Positions 24,481 to 38,408 of a DNA stretch of 64,000 nucleotides are shown here, piece by piece. The position numbers and the translations under genes are program-made. The DNA is from Pavona decussata. Taxonomy: Eukaryota. Numbering within the stretch: the stretch's first letter is position 1; every line of letters begins with the position of its first letter. The notes beneath the pieces are model-generated. The model was not told the origin of the DNA. It made no database searches and worked only from the letters and a program-made list of their open reading frames with translations. The DNA lies in the NCBI GenBank assembly GCA_977016875.1, contig CDRNST010000274.1:744001-808000 (forward strand). The letters are read 5' to 3'.

Positions 24481-27400
24481 GTTCATTTTCCTGCAATCTT
24501 ATTGGTTGTTAACCAGTGATCTCAGCCTAATACCGCACGTACACGTTGAGACCAGTTTCACTTTTCACGGAACTTCTTAAATTGCAGATTATCAAGAACT
24601 TTCAATTAATTATTTAATTGTCAAAGAATATCAATAACATTTTTTTGTCTGTTTTTGGTAAGATTGGGACACCCAGTTCTAAGGTCAACTGCTTTGAACA
24701 GACTTAAGGCTTGCTATTTACATTGTAGCCTTGTGAAAAATATGAAACATTCTTTTTCCTTTTGATCAGTTTCAAGAACTGTGGCTAGCGGATTTACAAA
24801 ATATAAAAGCCGAGCTGTTATTTGTTTCACAGAAAAACTGATAGAGGCCTACAGTAGAAAACTGAAAGCAAATTTGCTTTGCATAGCAATTGGTTCTGAT
24901 GCAATGTGAACTTTTAGGTGATAACAAACAGGGAATTTACCATGGAAGTTAAAAGATGCTGAAGGAAGCTTTAACATGAAACTACAGAGATAATAATAAT
25001 GAAAGACAGATCTCCACCAATATTTATAATGGTGCTTAACATTCAAAATCTAATGAGGTATTTTCAAGCAAAATGTTGAGAGACGGAGATAAATAATCCA
25101 TGAAACATCAAAGACAGATAGTCAACATAATAAATTACCAAGTACTGAAAACAGATGATATTTGAGGTTCTCTTGACAGCAGACATTTAATATCGCTCAA
25201 AATAAGCATGCCACTTAGGGACGGTGCCTCCCTGCCTCTTAATGCAAATTGAGTTTTTCCCCCGCCTACTAATTGAAGGGTTTTTCGTGTGGTTTTTGGC
25301 TATTGCGGGAAAACAAGATCAAAAGCAAGTGTTGTTGAAAACTAAAGAGAAAATTGGCGTAACCACACATTTTTCAGAGACAATGAAGCTTTACATGTTG
25401 TTTGGAAAAAAATTCCATATATGTTGCACTTGCATGTACACTGTTTACAACATCACCATTAATTTGTTCAGGTGTCGCTGGATTTCTGTTCTACACTAAT
25501 ACATGTACTGCAATGTATTGTATTTGCGTTGTGAAGTGTAAATAAAGTTAAGTGTGAATTAAGTTTTAATTGAAGCTCATGGAACATTTTTTTCCCAACC
25601 TTTGTGCATAGGAAAACAGAGAACTTCATGAAATAATAATGACTCTGAGGGATGAGAGAGATATGAAGAGTAACGAGGTTAATGAACTTAAGAGTGTCTT
25701 GGCTGCTGTTGAAAATCCAAATACCGATATGCTGCAGAACCAGGTCTTGCGTCTTACAACACAAGTGACAAAGTTGGAAAGGAACCTTAATGCCAAGCAG
25801 GTGTTTTGTGAAACCATTGTAACAGAGAATGAGACGCTAAAGGCAGAGCTGCGGTCAGTTAAGGATGAAAAGATCATGAAAGTAAGAGACATGAAGAAAG
25901 AGCTTGGTGAGCTGATAAGGACACAGCCAGAGGTCAGGGAAATCATGAGCCATGTCTACGACAACCAGGATGGTCTCCCTGAGGTAATAATTTAGCTGAT
26001 GTGACAATCCTTGTCTTTGGATTCTTTTCTTAATTACAAGTCTGCTTGCTTGTAAAGAAGGAGATAAGTCAAAGCTGAACAAGTGCAGTTTTGAACTGTA
26101 ACAAAACATTCTCAACTAAAATCTTATCTTATTTTCTTTGTTTCTGGTGTTATTCTTTTACATGCAATAAAAGGTCATGCATTGAAAAAAAATTCCTTTT
26201 ATATTTCTGGTTTTACAGGAATCTACAACTTCAGAGGAGGTGACTAAACTCAGGGAGGAGAAGGAGAAAATTTTCGAGGAATTGCAGGCTGCAAGACAAG
26301 AGATTGATCACATGCGAGAAGCATTTAATCAAAGAACAGAAGAATTGGCTAATGCAAAGGTTATCATTGAACAGATTGAAAATGCACAACGGAGTTCTGT
26401 AAGTAGAGCTTGAGTGTTAATTTAGTCACAGATGTGTTATGTCCCATACACCTAGCTAGTGGGTTACGATCTATCATCATACATTTGGTAAATGTTCTTT
26501 TGTCACGATTATGACTGTTGAATGTAGCTAATTGTGGGCATTCAATTTTTGCTGTTTAAGAATCTTCCCATACAAATTTCATTGTGTGTTAAGTAATTTT
26601 AACAACGAAAACAAAACAAAAAAGCAAAATAAATGTACAATGTACACCTGAAAGTTTCTTGTCATAATGAACTCTCACATAAAACAGTTTGTCCTGCTAA
26701 ACGGTATATGTACATGTAAGTTGCAAATACGTTTTTTAAAGCACAGGTGTGCTCAAGCTAGGTGTTAGGTATCAGTTAGGGTAAAAAATAAAACTTACTG
26801 TAAATGAAAATTGTGCATGTAACATTCTGTTTATACAAATGTGGATCTTCTTTCCAATTGCATATTAATTTTATTTTAAAGTGAAATAATTATTGTTTTC
26901 CTATGACTCTTAGCATCAAGAAGAGCTTGACAGGCTACACCAGGAACTACAGCAATTGCAGAACAGCCTTGCAGCTGTAACAAGAGAGCGTGATGAAAAA
27001 CAGCATCAGCTTGAGGAGCTGCAGTTTGAGAATGAACTCATGCAGACTACAGTAAGTACAGCCTTCCTTCCTTCAAGGAGCCATCTTCTTGGCATAGGTA
27101 GTTTTGAGCAAACATCCCTTAAAGAGACTGATTTGGAGCTATCCAGTAGTTTCTTTTTGAAGAATGGGTTCCAATCCTGTACAGCTGTAAATAGGACTGT
27201 CTTCCACACTCCTTGCCAGGCTCACCAAATGCATTTCCAATGTACATGTATAACAACCTCAAGTTCTGTACTCCTTGCACTATCCTTGGAGCATTGACAT
27301 CAAAAGTCATGTTCAAAATTCACCAACTTAATTGTAATTGCAAGTACAGTGTAGTCTTGCATTCTCCATTCTGTACACTATAAGTGGGTGAAAGTTACAT

Positions 27401-28446
27401 CTAAAGATTGACAATTTTTGACTGTCTCCATACAGAAAATTGCCTTTAAAATATCAAATGAATGGGTTCGTATTTCTAACTTTCTTACTTTATCACATTT
27501 TCAGCTTGCTGCCTACGAGAGTGATTTCAAGATGGAAAGAGAAGAGAAAAACAAGGCTATATCCAGCACAGAGAAACTCTTAAAAGAGCGGGATCATGTT
27601 GTTCAAAACTACGAACAACTCAAAAAGGAGCACATTGGATTGAGGCAGAACATTGAACGAATGTACTCACAGGCTCAACAGCAGCATACAGGACAGGTAA
27701 GTAAATCCCTGATGTGCAGGACAGCTTCTGTTATGACTTTACTACTACAAATGCATGGTGGCTGTGGCGGCTGATTATTAGAATTTAGACCTGGTCACCT
27801 CTCAAAATTGTGTCTTGACTGACAATAAGATTCTTCTAAAGAGAATTAGTAGATAGCATAATAGTGCCGTTGCTGAAAAAATCCATATGCGCCCCATGGA
27901 AGGTCATCTGAAATTCCTAGGGGATGGGGGTCTTAGAAGCTAAAATTTTAGAAACAAAGTAAGGAGGAAAACTGGAATTTCCTGGGTGATGGGGGTGCAA
28001 ACAAAAAAACCTTCCATTTGGGAGAATAGATATTTTCTGGAACTGTGCGTTAAAGAAACTAAGAGAAAAGAGAATTTGAATAGGAACTGTTTCAGAATTG
28101 AAACCTGAATGATTGTGGCATGGATTTCTTTATTCTGATTTTTTGTTGTTGTTTCCAGGCTCAAGGCACATACAGACGTCAAACATCAGGCCGCTCATGT
28201 GCAACACAAATGCAGCAACAGCAGCAGCCCCTAATGAGGCCAAGGGGATATGGGATGGAGGCAGTCGCTGATGGAGCAGGTGGAGACATCACAGATTCCC
28301 CAGTCACACCACCAAAAGAAACACCCACGCCTTCTCCGCGACGCTATATGAGCCAAGGCAGCAAACTACAGTGCCCAAATTGCAGAAAGTTATTCCCGCA
28401 TGACTTGCTGGAGAATCACATGAGGGATTGCACTGGTGATGATTAG
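23530..28446 (+). CDS. UBAN + C-terminal CCHC zinc-finger coiled-coil adaptor (NEMO/optineurin/ABIN family; TNIP2-like), ~523 aa
   Basis: Exons 23530-23931, 25612-25983, 26219-26398, 26914-27051, 27505-27696 and 28159-28446, all GT-AG and phase 0. Long coiled coil, UBAN core AYESDFKMERE, terminal finger LQCPNCRKLFPHDLLENHMRDC. Exact orthology is not determinable by eye. Confidence 0.88.
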
Positions 28447-31121
28447 CTGAGGCCAGATGACCAGAGCTTATTTGAAACCATTGGTATTAATGGGATTGCG
28501 ATGGTTAACATCCATGCCAGGGGTTTTGAGCAAGCTCTGGTCATGGTGGTGCTCATTCAAGCTAATCAGAACCGCATGGTGCCTAGTCCCGGGTGAAGGT
28601 CACTCAATGGAGTGAATTGTGCAGCGCCATGTCATGCTATCTCCATAGCGTTGAAGAAGTACAAGTGAAATTATGAAGAGGTTTAAAAAATAACTGCATG
28701 AGAAAGAGCTTTTTGCAGATAATTTTGCTGACCAGCTTTTGTTGTAAGCATTTTTTTAAAGCTGAGGCCTGAATATTGTCCACTCTAGAGAGTAAAGTGA
28801 CAATTTTTGCTTCCATAGTTGGTTGTCGTTCAGGGAAGATCAGTGGGACAAGATTTGCGGAAAAAATTAGTGGGTTTTACTTCAATGGAATGCATCCGAT
28901 ACTTAAAGAATACGAGGCTTTGAGGCTGAGTTTCCTATGAGTGACAGAAATAGCCATTGCTCATAGAAAATTTGAATACATGTATATGTAAGTTGTTTTA
29001 GTAGGCAAAAAAGATTGTATGCTCATAGGAAAACGTTGCAGTGTACATGAACCTGTATATTTGGCACATTAACATGTACATCAAAAACACATAAAACAAA
29101 CTTCCAAAGATAGTACATGTATACACCATTGTCCATTGTACGCTTGAAGTGGATACATAATTACATGTATGTAGTCAGTGGCAAAGACAATGTGATGTGG
29201 CAACTTGTGCTAATGCCTGCTAATTGCATGTTAAGATACGAAGGCTCATACTTTTGGATGCATTTCATTGATTTAGCACTCACGAAAAAAATATTTAAAA
29301 TAAGGAAAAAATCAGGAAGATGTGGCAATAATCAGAATGTTTTAAGTGGTCATGCTACTTGGTTCAAGGTAATATTCGTTTTGAATTATGATTGTACAAA
29401 AATTATACTTTTTTTTTTCCAATACCAAAGTATTATAGAAATGACAAAAAACATCCAAAATTTTGTAAATAATTGTCACCAAAAGGAAAATAGGTGGAAG
29501 TACTTCTAACTTGATGGTTTACATTTTGACTTGAGGATTCAACTGCTGGGAAGTCGTGGGAAGATTTGAAAATTGAGATGACTTAAACGTTTTTAAAATA
29601 CATGATCGTTTGTTATCGTTGACTGTCAATCTGTATGTCAGAGTTGTACAGAAGTTAAGCTTCGTTTTGATGTAAATAATAACACACCATAGTAGCATGG
29701 CCACTTTAAAGACTCTGAATATTGTTTTTTATCCAGTGCATTGAGGAGTCGTAATGAATCTTTGAGAAGCAATACAGTCAAATGTGTATTGCTTTGCACA
29801 AAGAGGAAAATAGAACTCTTCAACTTGCACTGGAATCACACAATGTACATTCGTACATGCATACATTTACAGTTACTCAAACACTTTTGTGGCATCAATG
29901 GTATCTATATAGTATTATAGTGACAGAATACAAAAGTAGATTGAGAATGTGAAGTGCGTAAACTAGCGAACTGGTAGCCACATTGGCCAATTGAAAACAA
30001 AATATATATTAATAGGCAGGTTTGTTTGTATAACCTGTAGTTGTTTTTCTTTTCTCTTTCAATCATGTACAAATGTCTTAGGGTTAGGGTTTAAACATTC
30101 TTTAGATTAGTCGTGTTCCTGTTTTTGAAACGTGGGCTTAATTATGTTAGAGCACCGTTTGAAAGAATTACCATTGAACATGTAAATGATTATATATAAT
30201 TCACACATTATAGTATTTAGTATGCATCATTGCATTTATCTGAACGGTAGCTAGTCTTCAATTTCGATATGTTTAAACAATTTCAAAGCTTAGATCATTA
30301 GTAAAGCTTGCAAACGTTTGTTGGATTTGCTTACCAAGTTTTCAATTTAAAATTAAATAAAAGATCTGAAACTATACTTTGGCTGCTTTGTTTAGTTTCG
30401 GATTTGCTTTTATTATCTTTCTTAATTACTTGCTTCTGGTTTGCAGAAAAAATAAATGGCGAATCCTTCGATGGATCACGAGAAGTTCCCCACTTCGCTG
30501 ATGAAAGTAGACAACGCGAACGCGCACTGAAATAGCCCTCCGCGTGTAAAAGCGACTGCTGGTTAAGAGAGGAGGTTTAGTAGCCAATTTTCCAGCGCGT
30601 TCCCCTGTTCTCTACAATCGACTATCCTTGAGTGAAAGCATTAGTAAGGACTCTGTACGTGGACAAATTCTTCGAAGGTAAAGATGAACAACTACGGAAC
30701 CGTTTTTCTGACGTGTCATCCACCAGCCGCATCTATACCAAAATAGAGTTACTTTGGGGCAGGTTGGATTTCGAGGGCAATTTTTTTTACTCTGTATTGC
30801 GCAAGCCCTTCATTTTAATGTTTCGCAAACCCTTTTTTTTGTTCCATTTTACTGTAGGAAGAACTGCCTTAGCTTTGCCGAGTCCAAGGCATCCGATGAT
30901 TAACTGGCTAACTGATCTTGGTGAGAAAATGAGAAAGGATGCGAATGAAGCCCATCGTAGTTTTATGAGGTCGAAAAAAGGAGCAATATGTTACCTTACG
31001 AGTATCAGCCAGATCAGTATGCAAACGACCACGTGATCTAACCAGTGAAAATAAGAAACGGCTTACACGATTTGCCGCTCTTGGTATCTATTGCATGTTT
31101 TTCACCCTTGGAACCAGTTGC

Positions 31122-31863
31122 ACACATTTCCCGCGCTTTGCACCAGTTGAACATCATTTCCCGCGCTTTGCAACAGTTGCACATCATTTCCCGCCCTTTG
31201 GATCAGTTGAACATCATTTCCCGCGCTTTGCATCAGTTGCACATCATTTCCCGCCCTTTGGATCAGTTGCACATAAATTCCCGCCCTTTGGATAAGTTGC
31301 ACATCATTTCCCGCCCTTTGGATCAGTTGCACATCATTTCCCGCCCTTTGGATCAGTTGCACATCGTTTCCCGCCCTTTGGATAAGTTACACATCATTTC
31401 CCGCCCTTTGGATCAGTTGAACATCGTTTCCCGCGCTTTGCATCAGTTGCACATCATTTCCCGCCCTTTGGATCAGTTGCACATAAATTCCCGCCCTTTG
31501 GATAAGTTGCACATCATTTCCCGCCCTTTGGATAAGTTGCACATCATTTCCCGCCCTTTGGATCAGTTGCACATCGTTTCCCGCCCTTTGGATAAGTTAC
31601 ACATCATTTCCCGCCTTTTGGACCAGTTGCACATCATTTTCCGCCCTTTGGATCAGTTGCACATCATTTCCCGCCCTTTGGATCAGTTGCAAATCATTTC
31701 CCGCCCTTTGGATCAGTTGCACACCGTTTCCCGCGCCTTGCATCAGTTGCACATCGTTTCCCGCGTTTTACATCAGTTGCACATCGTTTCCCGCGCTTTG
31801 GATGAGTTGCACATCATTTACCGCGTTTTACATCAGTTGCACATCGTTTCCCGCGCTTTGCAT
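31122..31863. repeat. 30-bp minisatellite (~24.5 units) with a 210-bp higher-order duplication
   Basis: Consensus GATCAGTTGCACATCATTTCCCGCCCTTTG. The variant pattern of 31231-31440 recurs from 31441. A degenerate sister array lies at ~32190-32490. Confidence 0.95.
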
Positions 31864-34848
31864 GGAACTATGGAACCTTACCGGGGGAGTGCTGCAAGGC
31901 AATATCCCTAGGAAGTTTTATTTAAAGGATTCATGAATTGAATATAATTGAAGATATCGATTTTAGTAATTTGTTATGTAAGAATTTTTAGATGTTTTGA
32001 TCGTTTTGTTGAGAATGGTTTAGTCTAGATCTTTAACGATCTTATCTTAGTCGAAACACTTGTGTAATTACATATCCTTTCCTTTATAATCAGCTAGTTT
32101 TGATTATATACACGACCTCACAAGCTACATGAACCTATTGTAGCTTAATCCTTATCGTGTCTAAATAAAGGTTTTGATTGATTGATTGCATCAATTGCAC
32201 ATGTTTGCTCGAGCTTGGTATCCCAGCTTGAGACGTTTTTTCCAGTGCTTGGACCCTTTAAACTTGCTTTTTTCCGCGCTGGACCCGTTGAACGTGTTTC
32301 CCTTCCTTGGTACCTGTTGCGCCTATTTCCCATACTTGAAGCCGTTGAACGTGTTTTTCCGGTTGGCATCCGCTTTACTACACATTTTCCAACCGGTTTG
32401 GTACCAACTGCATATGTTTTCCTGCGTCTAACAAGGGCCAGCAGTTGCGCATGTTTCCTGAGACTTGCTTTGCAATTGCACATGTCGGCGTCAAGTCTGA
32501 TTAGTTACATTTGAAATTGACTTGGAACCCAGAATTCTGGTACCAGATGACGCCATCATAATAATGCCATTTTATCCACGGAACAACCTTTTCCCTGTGT
32601 CATACAACAATATCCCCGCTAACTTTTGAACACTTTAATGAATGGTGATGGTGTGGGAAAACACAAAAGCCGTAGAGGGTATAACCGGTGCTGCTGTGAC
32701 CCACTCTACCCTCCCCCCCCCCCCCCCCCCCGTTTGCTCTTACCATTCACTTATCGTATGATCATCATACTGTGATCACCTGATGCTTAGCTAATTGAAT
32801 AGTTTAGGCTATCTATTGGACACTTAGCCACGTTATTTATGCCGATGTTGTAATGTTTCAACCTACATACCTCAGCATTTCTGACCTGTATGACGATGTT
32901 GTTATGTTTAAAATTGATGACTCGACAATTGTTAAAACACAAGTTTTTTGAATAATCAGCGATAAAATATAGGATAATTTAACAACGTGCTCTGTACACG
33001 ATTCATTAAGTTTTGGAACAATACTGCGGAGAAGTAACTCTTATTTCTCAAAACTGTTAAAGAATTAGCGCTCGAGCTATATACTGGAAATAAACAAAAC
33101 GTCCACTATGAAAGGGTAAAGCTATGGTAGCCTGTAATTTGTATAAAATGCAAGCGCTATTTTAAGTATCTTGAAAATCTTGTAACGGTGTTTTTTTTCT
33201 TTCGCTACTTAATGAGGATTTAATTGGCGTCATTTTGAAACCACCCAGAAGCCTTTTTATTAACAGAAGCCTTAATATATCGGTTTAATTTTGCTTATAC
33301 TCAAATACTCATCTCAGTGTGCTAAAAGCTAGCGATGAGTGTCTCCTGCCGTTGATGGACTGGGGCAGAGTGTATTACAACTTGAAAAAAGTTAGGCAAG
33401 CTTCGCATTTTGGTTTCCAAAATGCGCAAGAACAGAGCATAAGTTGTTCCGTTCAAGAACTGAGTTGAATTATTTCTCTCGATGGCCTAGCTAGGATTAT
33501 TTTGTGGTAAGTAAACAAGTTGTTGGATCATTCTCACCAAAAAAGGTCATAATCCAATACCGGAAGTTTCACCATCACCATTATCATCATCGTCTTTTTT
33601 TTAATTCAGGGTATCACAATCATTTACCAGAATAAAGATCTCTCTGCGAGCCCTGCTAACTACGTCAATAATATAGCTTGAAATTACAACGTTTTTAAAA
33701 TATACCCCAAAAATAATACTGTTGAGTGCTATTTCGGCCAAGCGAAGACCATGTGGCTCCAGTCATCTGATAAATTTAAAATTTCAGGACTGTTTCTCAA
33801 ACAATATAAGCGAAATGCAGCTACGAAAAACGTGAGTGACAAAGACAGTAAACTATTCTGTCTGGTGCAATATTTAAGTGTAGCGTGAAACGATGACGTT
33901 GTATTTATAAGTGATGTGTCAGCTTTTCTATCCTTGTTCCTGGTTGAAGTACTTAATTTTGTTTCTACCCAGACAAAATTAGAACTTTTGTTGTAACAAA
34001 TGAAAAATTGTTTTGAACATCTCAATCCCCTAAAAAATGTTCCAAGCCAACTGAACTCTACCAAGTGAACCAAGAGAGAAGACCATCTAATCCTCTCTTG
34101 ACTCTTCTCACGTGACCCCCCCAAAAACATGGAATAAGGTATTATTATCGATCAAAATTATTAAAGCGTGAATGAGACTAAGCGAAGCGTTGCAACACTT
34201 TTAAATATTTTCGGTCTTATGTTGTAGTGCCGATGTTGTAGCAATATTGTAATTTTTTGTTTTAATTTTTGTCTAATACTAATACCCGCGAAGATTAGCT
34301 AATGCTATACGCGGGTTGTGTAAACTGTCTTTATATATTTGTTGAAAATAATAATAAAAGTGTAGAAACTGTGTGTGTATGGTTCATAAAACACATTTGT
34401 AGAACACCAAGCGACTCATCTTTTTTTTTTTTTTGCATTGACGAATCTAGGACACGATAATTCATAGCTATTTATTTTTTGGGCGTTTTTCAGGCGAGCG
34501 GAGGCAAGCGCGAGGTGAGCACGGAACGTGACTCGCGCTTGCCTCTATTCTCCTGAAAAACGCATAAAAATAACGCCTGTTCTGCAGGCTAGAGTCGAAC
34601 TCCCCCATCACTTACCTGAAGGATCCGCTATTGTGCCAAGAGTTCAACGCATGAGTGAATGGTTATAGTTGTCCATATTAGTCAGAAATGCAGACGTATG
34701 TATAGCTTTGAACATCGAAATAAATGATGTTATACGGTTGTGTACAAGTATCGCCCAAAGTACTCCGTTAGGTAGAGCATTCATCTTGTTGTAGATGCAG
34801 CCCTCTTGTTGGTGCTGAAGCTGGGTAAACCATTAACAACAACAACGT

Positions 34849-36105
34849 TAGGGAGTGTTAGCAAGGACAACGGCGACGGCAAAGAAAATTTTAGTTCACT
34901 ATTAAAATGAATTGGCGTTTTTTCAAACGTCGTTGCAATTATTCCAACTTGCTTTAAATGTCAAATGATGAAATTTCCTTGAGTAAATTTCTTGGGGACC
35001 GCACCCAAGTTTAGAAAGAGAGAGAAAGAAAAATTCTTCGTCGTGCCGGGTCCTTCATGAAACGTCCCATCGGGAAATTTCACGTTCTAGTCGTGCAGTG
35101 ACGGCAAAGAAATGTACCAAAAAGTGTAATGCACGGGCAGGGATGTTGCTTTGGTTATTAAGCCTATTGTTTCGTTGTTGTTTTTGAAGTGTAGTTTTTG
35201 CAGCTCAAAACAGCAGGGCTGCAGATTACTACCCAGCCTGGGCCACTTTCAAACTCAGTGACCAGCGGTTTCTCTGAAATACTTGTTAAGTATTGTCAAA
35301 TCGACTGTTTTTTTTTCTGATTTGTGCTTAGTTTCAGTAAAAATTTTCAATGTTTCATCAGTGAAAACCAGCTTTTAAATCAATGAATATTGAATCCCTG
35401 TTTAGACAATTTGGCCGGGCACGGAAAATAGGATGGTGACTTTTAAGAAACGGGCGCCGGCCACGTCATTTACCAACAATAGAGAGATTTAGCATCACGT
35501 CCTAGTAAGGCTAGTATGGCTTGCCGGGAAAATTATTGGGGAATTTGTTTTCAACAATTATATGTGTAAGAAAAAAGGAAGAAATACTTACGTAGTTCTC
35601 ACGTAGACGGCAAATGCGAAATAGCCTGTTTTCACGTAGAAAGGGCAACCGGCAAACGGCAAACGCAAAAAATGGCGGGAAAATCGTGGTCACGTGGTTC
35701 CTTTTTATGCCGTTCACGTTTCACGTATACGCGATGCTCAGCAACGCAACGGCGACAGCAACGAGAACGCCACAAAACAATAGGTTTAATGAACAAAAAC
35801 AATCGCCCTGCATGTGCGTTCTCTGTTTTTGTACATTCATTGCCGTCACCAGCAAAACAACAACTTGAAATGACCAAATTCAAGGTATTGTGAGCACATG
35901 ACGGTGATTTTTCATTTTTCTTCCTTACGGCCGTTCGCCGTGAACGCCGTTCCTAACAATTTAGTTCCCGGATACTTCGCGCCCATATTGTACAAGTTGA
36001 ACCGGAACTGGAATTATCGCGAAGTAGTTGAAGAACGCGAAGTCTTATTTTCAAGTGACGTTTTCGTTGCCGGACGCGTTGCCTTCGTCGTTGCTTAAGT
36101 TCCCA
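34849..36105. mobile_element. Cluster of nested or adjacent MITEs (AGGGAG..AGCAA..ACGGCGAC family and ACGGCAA family)
   Basis: Repeated ACGGCGAC and ACGGCAA motifs plus inverted termini ending GTCGTTGCTTAAGTTCCC. Confidence 0.6.
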
Positions 36106-36240
36106 AATGTTCAGTATCTTGTACGCAATATAAGAGTGAACCTTTTTAATAACTTTTCTGATAAGGTATTTTCTATTTTTAAAGAAAAGAATTTTTTTAT
36201 AAAAGCAAAATAACTTGATCTTATATTGCACTGATAGAAT

Positions 36241-38344
36241 TCAACGACGGGTTTGCCGCAACGCCTGTAATTTAGCCCAGTCTTTCAGAAGAACTCTATG
36301 AGAGCAAGTGGGACAGTGAGCCCAATGGTCATATCTCTTGTTATCTTCAAGCTTTGGCCTCATAGATTCAAGGACTCTGGTGCAAAGATCTATTGCCTCT
36401 GGTCTTCTGTTTTGGGGAATCCTAGAAAGAAATACAAGATGTCGGTAAAAGAAGAATGTAGGGCAATAGCCTCCATTTGGCGCGAAAATATGCTCAGATA
36501 TTTGTCCGCGGACATTATCTGTTCCGAGAAGCGAACAGCTAGGAAAACTGCGAGCTTCGAGGAACAGATAATGTCCAAGGACAAATATCTGAGCATATTT
36601 TTAAAGCCAAATGGAGGCTATTGTGGTTATTATCCTTCAAATATTTTTCGCAACATGTAGCAACGAGCTTGAGTATTTGAACATTTCGTTTAAGAACAGT
36701 TTACCGTCAAAAACTTTTAGAGCGTATGTTGTTTTCTGATACTACTTTATCGCCCAGCAGGTTTATCTCTCCTTCTGTCACAAAACTAAACCGTTCCCCC
36801 ATCTTGACATTAATTTTAATTGTAAACAAGACGCGCCTTGAAGTTTTTGAAATTGGGGAATATCATCGGATATTCCCCAGTTTTAGCTGGGGTATATTCG
36901 GTCACGTGAGGCGTTTAGACCAATCGCGCGCGAGCGAAAAATATTTGGTGGATTATTATTTATAATTACAAATGAAAAGAAGGAAAGTTGTTACTCAAGT
37001 TTCACACACTAAGCGATTATCAGACTAAACATACTGCGCGTGTAGGTTATATTTTTTTAATCATATGTGGAAATGACGTTGAATTGACTAAAAAAGGTGT
37101 TACAGCAAATTAAATTCAACGGTGAACTATGTACAGACGCGTTATTGCGGCAAGGTAAAAGTGGTATTGTATTTGTGATACACAACTCATCAGTGCCATG
37201 ATAGTATAGAGTGTTTTCATTCACGTGACTACCGGCCATATTGGTTTAGTGAAACAAAAGAAAATATTTGCATAAAAATAGAGTTCAATTCCCAGAGGTT
37301 TAGTTTGGGACACCAACATGGCCGCCATTTCTTTGTTTTCGGACACTAACATGGCCGCCGTGACGTCATGTGAAAACACTCTATATGGTAAAATTTGGAA
37401 AAGTGATACGGTGATTTAAAATAGCTCCCCCGCCTCTCTAGTTATGACCCCCCTAAAACGACGGCTTGGGAGGCTACTCATTCCTAAACTGTTGATCGCC
37501 CCCTCCCGCCCTCCCCCCCCCCCCCTCCCTTTCAATAAACGTTTACATGTATTATAGCTGTGACCGGACCTCAAGTTCCTTGCTTTCTTCGCCAAGAGAA
37601 ATTTTAAAAACTTTATAATAAAAAGCTTCTTTTTTCCCATACCTGCGGACAATCAATTCACGTAGCCGAGGATTGTTTCTCATAGCATTCCTCACGGTTT
37701 CTTCCACGTCAATTTGTTTGTTCAAAGTTCTGATTTGTTGTTCCATTTGAGCTTTTTTCCTCAGTATATCCTCCCTCTCTGACTCCGACATAACGTGGTA
37801 AGGCCTCTTGTTTCTGTAGATATTGTAAAAGGTTATATGTAAGGGTATTAAAGTCCAGAAATTGTTTAACACCCCAAAACNNNNNNNNNNNNNNNNNNNN
37901 NNNNNNNNNNNNNNNNNNNNNNNNNNNNNNNNNNNNNNNNNNNNNNNNNNNNNNNNNNNNNNNNNNNNNNNNNNNNNNNNNNNNNNNNNNNNNNNNNNNN
38001 NNNNNNNNNNNNNNNNNNNNNNNNNNNNNNNNNNNNNNNNNNNNNNNNNNNNNNNNNNNNNNNNNNNNNNNNNNGCTATTTTAAGTTTCGCTTGGCTCAC
38101 AGGTTACGCTACGCGCCCTGTGGTGCTTTCTTATACTGTGCATACAGATAGTTTTACTGCGCATAATAATATGTATATATGTTTTATTGATTTTTTTATC
38201 GATATATTTTATTGATTTACTCACGTGCTATTTTAAGTTTCTATTTTAAGTTTCGCTTGGCCCACAGGTTATGCTATGCGCCCTATGTTGCTTTCTGACA
38301 CTGTGCATACAGATAGTTTTACTGCGCATAATGATAATAATAAC

Positions 38345-38408
<64 letters not shown>

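Noticed and set aside
30078-30089. Interstitial telomeric repeat
   Set aside because: Only two TTAGGG units.
31122-31863. CRISPR-like array
   Set aside because: Head-to-tail repeats with no unique spacers, no cas genes, and a eukaryotic context.
31045-31911. 288-aa ORF of LHIISRPLDQ decapeptide repeats as a real solenoid/LRR protein
   Set aside because: A 30-nt period keeps several frames on both strands open automatically. The unit derives from a MITE motif, the start is not ATG and there is no gene context.
38075-38335. Tandem duplication of a ~95-bp unit ending in (AAT)n as a special structure
   Set aside because: Looks like repeated retroelement 3' ends directly beside an assembly gap and could be an assembly artefact.
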